The notes beneath the pieces were generated by a model. It ran no database searches, was not told where the DNA came from, and worked only from the letters and a program-made list of their open reading frames with translations. A program made the translations under genes and the position numbers. Positions 50,401-61,300 of a stretch of 64,000 nt of DNA are shown in pieces. The DNA comes from Tubulanus polymorphus. Taxonomy: Eukaryota > Animalia > Nemertea. The stretch covers positions 23,974,299-24,038,298 of the forward strand of contig NC_134025.1 in NCBI RefSeq assembly GCF_964204645.1, given 5' to 3'. Numbering within the stretch: position 1 is the first letter of the stretch; every line of letters starts with the position of its first letter.

Positions 50401-53400
50401 GGGCGGTTATGCGACGTATGCGTACGGCTGTATTATCGCGATTATGGAAAGTCGCTTGAACTTCAAAATGTTTGCACGTTATGCAACTGTTTTGCTCCAG
50501 GGGTTAATGGTTCAGATTTGGATTGCGAAAAGGTATAATAGCGAATTCCTTCTAAAACTCATTCACATGACAAAATTTTCAAAGTCTGTTTTTTTTTTTC
50601 ATTTCTACACATAGATTGGAGGCCAGTGTAGGTGTAAAGAAAATGTGGATCAGCGCCAATGTGACAAATGTAGAAATGGATTCTACAATTTACAAGCGTC
50701 TAAACCTTTAGGGTGTGATGCATGTGGCTGTCATGCACCAGGGACTATAAATGGAGATATATCCTGTCATGCTACTTCTGGACAATGTAATTGCAAAGCT
50801 AATGTCAGAGGTAAAATATCTTTTTAGATCCCTGTTTAGTCGTAGAATCTGAAACAAACTTCTTCCTTCCAACTTTCTTTATTACTGTACATGTAATGTT
50901 CATTTATGTTTGTATATATGATGTCTGATTCAGATCGACAGTGCAGTAGGTGCCAGTATGAATACTACAATCTTACTGAAATTAATCCTGATGGCTGTTC
51001 TCCGTGCGAATGCAACCCTTCGGGCTCGATGAATAGAAATTGTGATCCGTCGAATGGAAAATGCTTTTGTAAAGACCGAATCACTGGTCGCCAGTGTGAC
51101 CAATGCAAAGATGGCTTCTACAACTTCGCAAACGGTTGTTTGCCCTGCGGATGTGATACGAGTGGGTCTGTAGACAATGTTTGCGACAAAAAGACAGGAA
51201 TGTGCCGATGTAAGATAAACGTCGAAGGTTTGAAATGTGACCGATGTAAAGACACTTTCTACAATTTGAAAGCGACGAATCAGAATGGCTGCGATGCGTG
51301 TGGTTGTAACATAAATGGGACGATGAATAGTTCATTAGTTTGCGACAAGATGAACGGTTCATGTTCCTGTATGCAAAATGTTCAAGGGAGAACTTGTAAT
51401 CAGTGTAAAGGAAATACTTGGGGTCTAGGAATGAACAGTACTGTTGGATGTTCGCCGTGCGATTGCGATCCGTCGGGAACATTCCAGGGTGATCAAGTGG
51501 CTCCGTATCAACTTGCTTGTGATCAGAATAACGGACAGTGCGCCTGTCTCAGTAACAGAATCAATAGACGTTGTGACTCATGTGCAGTCAGTAAGTCTTT
51601 ATTCATTCATTTTTAATGTTTTTGGTTTTCAAAATCATGTTGAATTTCACATAAATGTACATGTGCATTTTGCTCTTAGGCCATTATAAGTTGGATTATA
51701 GATTTGATGGACTGTGATTGGAGAGGGGACAATTTTTCAAGATATTGAATTCATTACTAATTTAGTGATTGGAGAGGGGAATTTGAAAAGAAAAAATTTA
51801 GAATTCATGTGGAGGTGTTTTTGGAAAATGATACCGATATATTGCCTATTTTTTGCCTACACATAGCTGATGCCGCCATTTTTGTAAGTCACACAATTTA
51901 CTGAATGAACCCGACAAATATATTTTATTTGAGGGGTGCCGGGAAAAAAACTCATAGGCCTACCTAAAAACCAGAAATGTTTGTTGCAGATCCGTAATCC
52001 AACTTATAAAAAAAAAACAATCTTTTCTATTGCTATTTAATCTCTACTTGTTTAGATCATTATGTGTTGAACCAGCCGGGTCAGGGCTGTCAGCCGTGTA
52101 ACTGTGGACGTACTGGTGGTTCCTACATAAATGTTCCGTGTGATCCGAAAACGGGCCAATGTAGCTGTATCGCTGGGAGTGGACTGACAGGTCGCACATG
52201 CGATATCTGTGATAAAGAATACTACAGATTTGATTATAATGAGTAAGTTATAAACATATTTCATGTTTTCAGTTAGACTATATATATATATGTATGTGTG
52301 AGAGTGTGCACATTCGTTGAGTGAATTTGCATATCATTTGTATTTATATTGGCAACTATGCATATCTATAACCACAATCAATTTCGAAGTCATATATTAG
52401 TTATAGCTCTTGACATGGTCCATGATTTTGCTTGAGTTCTGAAGATATTGGTTTCTGTATCTGTTACAATCATCAAAATCAATCAATTGTTGTTAGATTG
52501 TCGATGTTGATGAGTATATTGGTACTTTTCCCGTCCCTGACTATAAGTTGGTCTTAGTAAACTTCTTAGTAGAAATAATGACTTTATTCTTGTTCCAATA
52601 TTTTGATATCATGAAATATTCTATTGACGCCACTCTAATTCTTTAAGATGTAGGAAGTGTAACTGTGATATGGCTGGAAGTGTTAACAAGACTTGTGAAA
52701 GAACTGATGGTCAGTGTCAGTGTAAACCATTTGTTTCTGGATTGAAATGTTCTGTATGCGTAGAAGGATCGAGTAATTTGGATGCTAACAACCCATATGG
52801 CTGTAGCAAGGGTAAGTGGTGATTTGGAAAATATGTGAAGAAGCTGATGGGATAATGTGAATGTTTTGCTTCCATTTATTTACTGTTGTGTGGAGATGTT
52901 ATTGTATCTTTTATGTATTATACTGAGTGGCTTGCACTAATTTTTCAAAGATTTTATGAAATTTTGAGACCAATCTAAACCGATCTGTTTCCAGCCCCCG
53001 ATCAGCAGCCTCCTCCGACATATGCCCATGTTAGTCCCACCCAGCTGCGTATTATGTGGGGCCCACCGGACAATAAAAATGGAGTCATCATTAAATACGC
53101 GTTGATGAGAAATGATAAGGAGATATATGTTTCAAGTATCAATGATACATCTCAAGCCAATACAATTGGTAAGTTGAAAAATCGTCATATAAACAGATAA
53201 GCATTTGTTCTCGGAATTCATTGAAGTCGAACCATTCAAATCATTAGTTTACATGTACAGGTATGTATAAAAAACATTGTTAGCTATGATTCTCTTTTGT
53301 AGTTCGATCTTATTTGGATACTGGTCTCGAACCATTTACTCAGTACTCGTACTTTGTAACGGCTTGGAATGTGAATGGAAGTGTGAGCAGCCCTACTGTA

Positions 53401-56400
53401 GTGGTCGAAACGCTCCCAGGACAGCCAAGCGGAGTATTCTTGCTGAACCTGACACGGATAATGCAAACGTCGGCCTCATTTGAATGGGCGCCGCCTTCAA
53501 AACCGAATGGATACCTCATCGGCTATACGCTTTATGGACGAGAGCAAGGAAAAACTGTTGCTTCGTCAATGTTATCGACAAACGATACAACTGCAACAGT
53601 CACTAATCTTGTGCCATTCATGAACTATACATTTGTTCTAGAAGCGTGCACTCATGGGGGTTGCTATAACAGCACACCAACGCAGGGTTTGACTCTCGGA
53701 GCTGCACCAGTGGGTCAGTCAGCTCCAAATATTACGGCTTTCAATAGTACTACGTTGTTTCTAAAATGGGGCCCACCAACGGAACCGAACGGTAATAATC
53801 CTTTAGTATCAAATGTAAAATATTAGCAAATCTATTTTAAATTCCTCATTGCTGAATCAATTTTTATATACATTCATATATAATGGAGGATGGCCTCGTT
53901 TCAGGGATTATCATCTTTTATGAATTATGGAAAAAGGACACCGCTACTGGAACTGCAGAACTGATATTTCATCCAGCTGGCCAATATAACCCACGTCCAT
54001 CAACCACCGATGAAAATGCGTTGCCGCCTCCGGCTACGAATTACACGGTGACTGGATTGAAACCATTCACCGAGTATCACTTCCAGATCCTTTCTCAGAA
54101 TGATAATGGCAAGGCTGCGAGTCCTTGGGTGACAGGGAGAACAGGAGAGGCCTGTAAGTTAGATACCTATAGACACAGTAATATTTATTAAGCAACCAAT
54201 CATCACTCGACTTATATGATACACTTTACAAAGTTAACAAAAAAGCATTATTTGACATACATTCTTTCAATTCTGATTTCCATGGCTGTTTGAATATGTT
54301 ATGTCAAAAATTCATAAAGACTATATCTATTTTTGGTATGGTTTTTATTGCAGCATTACATACACATTGTTGTCTTTTCTTTCATTTCAGTACCATTTTA
54401 CATGCCCATTCCAACCTCAATAGGCATCGATAGCTCGTCCTTACAGATCATATGGACTGCCCCATCAATAGCACAAGCAAATGGTATCATATTACATTTC
54501 AAACTGTTGGAATTTGTACCCAATAATAAAACTATAGATCCTTTCGGTAAAGATATCATTGAAAAGGTAAGAAGATTCCTTTGAATTTTGCATTAGGATT
54601 CATTCGGAATACCGCATTGTGCTTAACATGTATATGTGTTGTTCATATTTTCAAGCTTATCGCAACTGTGCCTGCTAATGTCACCAAGTATGAGGTTACT
54701 GGCTATAAGCCTTATAGCGTTCACAAATTCAAAGTCGATGCATGCAACTCAGTAGGTTGCGTGAGCAGTGCTGATTTTACTGGCCAGACCTTCCCATCGG
54801 GTAAGTGACCGGTGAAGAATGAAGTAATGATGAAATGAAATGTAAATGCAATTTGATTCTCATATTTTGCTCAATCATGTTTTCAGCCCCATCGGCTGTG
54901 ATGAAACCAGTTGCTACCGGTTATAATTACTCGACAATGCAGATCAATTGGCATCCGCCTTCAGTTCTGAATGGACCCGACCCATACTATCTAGTTGAAC
55001 GCATGACGATACCTTTTTCAAGTCCTCCACCAGCGGTGGTTCCCGGTACCAGATTTACCGGCGGAGGTTACTATCATTTCCCGAGAACAGTCCTTCCATT
55101 TGATGTCAGTTTCACTGGTAAGGCGCTCAACAGTATCTGCTTTTCATTGAATTTTTGATCAAATTACGTGAATGATTACGTGCAACATTTTGAAATCTAG
55201 GAATTCGCATGAAGTTTCGCACGACTGCTCAAAACGCGGCGCTTTTTTATGCATCCACTCAGCAACAAGATGAATTCGTCGTGATTCAGATACGCGACGG
55301 ACGAGTTTGGTTTCTATTCAATCCTCAAGGTAAGAACAAATCCAGTTTGTTTTGTAGATTTTCACCAGTAATCAAATGATATGATATGATATATGTGGTC
55401 ACATCATTTATACATTAAGAATAACACAAGTCGCGCCCGTCTTTAGTCAATCCAAGCGTTGAAGTAGTACCAAAAATCATGAAAATTAGAGAAAACAGAC
55501 TTACCTTTTTACATCATTTGCAGTATTTTTATTTCGATCACTGTCACCGAACACTTTTTGAATCATTCAGAGGCTTTTTATTTTTAGGTATCCGTATTTT
55601 CAGAAATCATTATCACAGAGATGTGTACATTGGCTTGTTTGTTTGATACGGTACTAATGAAGTGGTCACATATTTTGGTTTAAATCTTGCCTAAAAAACT
55701 AGCCTATCTCTGTTACAGGATTTTTTGAAATCATGATTTCGTTTTCATCAATTCATGAAAAATGAAAATATACTATTTATTTACTAAATGCATGAGAGCT
55801 ATAAAAAAGGCTAGAATACTTACGTTGAATACTGTTTGATTTAAGTTTAGAGGTATTGATTGTTCTGGGAACCTGACAGCAAAGACTTACTAACACATTT
55901 AACTAAGAAATGAATATTAGTAGAAAATTTGAATGTGAAGTGTTGCACCATATTTGTCATGTTAGGATGCAACACTGAAGTTGAGATTGATCCTGCAATT
56001 GATGGCAACAGAACATACTCTGACGGGCAATGGCACTCTGTCCAAGTATATCGGAAAGACTTTGATGGCCAGTTGATAGTTGATGATTTAAAAGGTTAGG
56101 CAATGAATGATGATGATCATGACGATTTCAACTAGAAAACCTTGAATTGCCATCATCTATATTCAATGCACCTGTTCTGATGTTGCTGTTCAACACTTGA
56201 TTGTGTGTGGTCGTGTGGTATACTGGACTGATTAGACTAGATTTGCCGCTTATGCCGCGCTTCGCTGTGATAGAAAAACGTTTTGCCGGTACATGATCGA
56301 TCTCTGCAAGAAGCAAAAACTTTGAAAATTTCGGAAAATCCGAATGAGAAATTGAAATTGATTTGACCGCTACCCAGCTTCTGTCGAGATCTCATGAAAG

Positions 56401-58287
56401 CCGCTGTTCGCTTGCTAAGTTGCCTTGTCTGGACCCAATTGCACAGTCATTGCATCTTGCTCATTTTGTTTCTAAGTTCCAATGGGAATTTAATAAAACT
56501 ATGGACTTCTGAGCTCATGACTTTGCAACTCGGCCCAAAGCGTTACTGATGTACTAGTACATGGTTAAGATTTTATTTCGCAATTTCGTTTCCGTAGATG
56601 TATATTCGTTTGATTTCAATCTCACCATTTTCTATACCCTAACAGTAGTTCAATTACACACCAAACTTTTCGTTCATAACATTTCTTCAGTAGGATTGAA
56701 GTTATGGTTTGTTTTATCACTTATTGATGAAGCCTTTAAGTTTCCTTGGTTTTGTTGAGATAGGTCATGATCGATTTTCAGTGCAAAACGACCGTACTGA
56801 AATGGAACGTGAATTTAATTATTGATTATAAACATAAATGCTTTAATCAAACTTTTAAATTCCAAATTTATTGACATTAAGATATGCTTCCCTATTAGAT
56901 ATTACTTTATTTGCGTTTGGGGACGCCTGCTGCGGAGGACTTTTAACACAAAAAATGTCTTGTTTATTGTCACCAAAAAAACAGGATGTGTTTCGTATCT
57001 TTCAATAACAAATGATGAGGGATCACCCCACAATAGTAACCAGTGGTTAGAACTAGAGGCTCGACGTAGTGGGAAACATGGAATAATTTATATGAACAAT
57101 TTCAATGGTATGATTTTTACAAGTGTCTAGGAACGTTTATGTGAAAAACCTTTTATTCCTCAGTTTTCTCCAACCTCATTGTACTAATATGAATCCAATA
57201 TTTTTGATATTCACCTCATTTTGCAAACTATTTAGTTTGCGCATCAATTAATCAAAAACTAATAACAAATTGTGTATGGATGTAATTTAAACTAGTTTCA
57301 AAATATGGTGCTTGTAATTAAAATACACATCGATGTCTATTTATGATTATATTTGTTTTTCATATTGAACTAACCACTGAAAGAATGATACATCTAATGC
57401 TGTTGTATGTACTGGTACATTTGTACTAGTTCCCTATGGCGGCCAGTGCTGGGAACTTGCTATTACTAACTAACTGCTTAAATATTGCGCATACTCTATC
57501 TATAATATCTATGCTTGCTTAGTGGAAATTTCCTTGATTTCATCGATTTCCTTGGAAACAAGATATATTTCCACTATTTGTACCTGCGTTCTTGAGTGTC
57601 ATATCTTATGGTCTAGCCGAATAAGTATGATTCGATTCTTTTGCCCGATGATCGGCTCTTAATTTTTCTCTGAAGTGACTACCATTAAGACTGAGTATAT
57701 GTTTGGGCTACTCAATCAGAATTCATGTAAGTTTAAGGACATAATATTTGTTTTTATCTATTTACCAATGATAATGATGGGCATTAATAGAGTCACTAGA
57801 TGAATGAAGCTAGACCATAAGAATAATACAGAACTTTACCTACTCAATTGGTTTCTAATTATGTTATGTCATGTTTCCTGACCAGGATGCGTTACCTTCA
57901 TCTCAACCACTGATGATGAAGGTTTACCTTATTCTGACAATGAATGGCACGATCTGTTTGCCTATCGAGATGGCAAATATGGTATCCTTAGACTAGATGA
58001 TCTTTGGACAGGTTTGAACATTTGATTCGGTTTGTCTAATCAATAGAATATAATATGCATATATGTGCGTCCGAAAGAGATCACCTCGGCTTCAAAAATT
58101 TCAATTTTACTGATAGAAATATATCATTCGAGTACTCCCTCTGAAAAGCCAGGCTGGACTCTCTGCAAGATCCTTTGCCTTGACCCACTTGTACTTTTGT
58201 GTGCGTGTGTGAGCAGTCTATCTTTGCACTTAAACGAAGCTTATGCAAAATCATTTCAGAGAAAAAAATATATAACATGTATATATC

Positions 58288-58321
<34 letters not shown>

Positions 58322-61300
58322 TGACAACGGAAGATATGATTTTGTATGAAGTTAGCACATCATATATATTTTGACACCGGTGGTATTGGCGTTAATACAT
58401 GTACATTCATTATTCATTTGTTTTGGTGATGGTTCTATTAAAAGGTTGGTGGTTCTATTCATTGTATATATGAAACCTATATGCAAACAATTAATCTGTT
58501 AATCAGCATAATGTATAATAATGTATTGATCCTTTCGTTCACATGTAATTTGATGGAAATGTCCATAAGACTTTGTTGTATCATTTCCCTTTTAACTTCG
58601 ATTCTTTGCGAAAAATATGAATATCCTTAAAGTAAACAACTGATTTTCATGCACATTTTGTCCATATAATTTTAACATTTTTTGAGAATGGATCGACTTT
58701 CTTCATTTAGGTACAAAAAATCTTTCTTGTACGAAGGGGAATCTTATCGGTGAAAGTACTGGTGTTTTTGTTGGTGGTATTCCAAATACTGTGGAATTAA
58801 AGCAAGACGCAAAGGACCGAAGAGCTCAGGTATTTATCATTCGAAATTCCGTGTTAACTGATACGAAAGTTCCGTGCCATTCATTGAAAAATTGAATTGT
58901 TTATATTCTGCTTTATTCAGATAATTAAAGATAGCTTTCACGGTTGCATCAAAGATATACAAATTCTTCAGCAAGAATCTCCGGTAAACGTGTGGAGAAC
59001 GCTAGACTGGAATTTAGCGATTGATCGAAGGCAGGCGATGCCTGCTTGGGAAGGCTGTCCCGGTATCATGAACATTTCTGCCGTACACTTTCTAGGAACA
59101 GGTAACCTGTCAAGGTATTTTTGGTGATTGTTAATTTTTTTCCTGACGGATACTGTAAGTCTTATTCATCTCTCTTCAATTTCAGGATATTTAACGATTG
59201 ACGTCGAGGCTTTTTCGCTAACTAATAAAAACTTTGTTTTGCGATGGCAAATTCGAACTACGCTTCACTCGTTTTTTGTTTTGTTTATGCATGGAGGTGA
59301 TGACCGGTTTCTTTATCTGCAAGTTAGACAGGGCGCAATGGAGTTTACTGCACGTGGTATCAACACGCCGTCACTGGAAAGTACCAGTCAAATCATTCAG
59401 CGGACGATCACGTGGAACAATTCAGCCGTCAACATCTGCGATGGTTACTGGCATACATTAGAAATCTTCAAATCTGGAGGCCAACTTAGAGCATCTGTCG
59501 ATGGCAAACATGAAGTGGCTGAAGGCAATCCGTCTGACTCCTTTCGGTTTGATATCAAGTCGAATATCTATGTTGGTGCAATCGATGAAAATGATGCTCT
59601 AATGCAAAGCTATCTGAAGAGGAATAATCTAATAGACAAATTCATGCCGCGTAAGTCATGTTAACCAATTATTGCTCATGAATTTCACTATGTAATGGCT
59701 ATTACTAATCAGAAAATTCGAAGAAAAACTCACATTTATCACGATACAAAATAGCTCATTTCCTGTTGATTTTCATGAATTACATGTTATTTTGTAGTAG
59801 ATAGTCAAGGCTTTCACATAGTATAAGATTTGATGAGATGGGCCGCCAAAATTGTGACCTTCTGACCCCCAAAATTCATCCTGACTTACTTAGATGGAGT
59901 GTTCAGTTTTGTCATGTTCATACCAAAAATACTCGAGAATTTCAAATAGAAAGATGTTGATTTCTGTACAGAATATTGATGCTTGGGTGTCTAGTTTACC
60001 TTAAACTAATGGGTTTGAATCCCACCGTAATCATTTTTGCTTAACACACAAAAAAATAGTCAGGGCGGATTTGGGCGGCTTGAGGAGTAATACTCAGGGC
60101 GGATTCGGACAGCTCGACGGCTAATAGGTTTATCTGTTAAGAAAACCTAGGTTAGGGCATATCAATATATTTGTCTAAAATCAGTTAATCTTGCTTTTAC
60201 CAGCTTTCGGCGGATGCATAAAAGACATGTTCTTGCGAAAGCCGTGGAATTTTGAGAGAATCGCTGCCATGCGAGATGTGAACATGGATGGTTGTCCTCT
60301 AGAATCTGTATTCAATCCCATTGGTTCATGCGAAAATTCCGTCAAAGTTCAAATAAGTAATACGACCAATAATCAGTCATTTGATTATGGACTTCCTGCA
60401 TTTTCAGGTAAGTGGTTTTACATCAAGAACACCGGAACTTGGAATTCTTGATATTTTTACCCTGTTCATTGAACGTCAATTAGATCATCTCTATACATCC
60501 ACTGATGTTTTTTATCTTGTATTTTCAGCATATAACTATCGGGTTGTTGCTAGAAATGCTGGAGGAGTATCATATAGTCCATGGACAAGTGGTCGAACGA
60601 AAGAAGGAGGTAAGTTCGTGTCAACAATTAGTTTATGTTTTTAGCTAAATAGTCCATTTTATGCAAACTTCATAAGATTGAATTCAAACCTTGTTTCCTT
60701 TTTGTAGCTCCTAGTGGCGTTTTTGCACCCGTATCAGCAATCTCGAAAACTGGCTACGTTGTTGCTGTTGAATGGAAACCCCCGGTTCGAAAGTCAGGAC
60801 TGCTCGCGTCCTATATTCTCAAGTCTTACAATAAAATCAATACATCAATTCCTGCGATTGAAACCGTATTTAAGAATACAGAAATCACGAAAGGGGATAT
60901 AACCAATGCTATTCCTGCTACTAATTACACAATAACTTTAACTGCTTGTACAAATGGTGGATGTACCGAAAGTGATCAAGGAATTGATGTACAAACAAAG
61001 ACTGAAGGTATATTGCTATAATCCTTGAATTTGGATTTTAGAATAGAGATTCCTGTTTTTATCTTCTCTGATGCATTTTTGTAGCCCCCGAAGATGTCCC
61101 AGCTCCTAGAGCGATCGTCGGCCCAACTTTTATGGAAGTTGTTTGGGATAAACCTGGAAAGCCAAATGGAGATATCATTGGCTACTTCTTATATAAAGAT
61201 AATGTTGAAGAATATGCTGGTACCATGCAGAAAAAAGTTCTAATTAATCTTCAGGTACTTATATATCTAAGTAGTGCATTGATCATCATCATCAAAAGTG

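Noticed and set aside
51081-51689. Antisense and alternate-frame ORFs over usherin EGF exons (similarly at 21158, 23732, 30567)
   Set aside because: Shadow ORFs of real coding exons.
55330-58710. Dscam-style docking/selector pairings for the usherin exon cluster
   Set aside because: By eye only 7-9 bp complementarities were found (e.g. GTGGTCAC with GTGACTAC; TCACCAAAA with TTTTGGTGA), not distinguishable from chance without comparative data.
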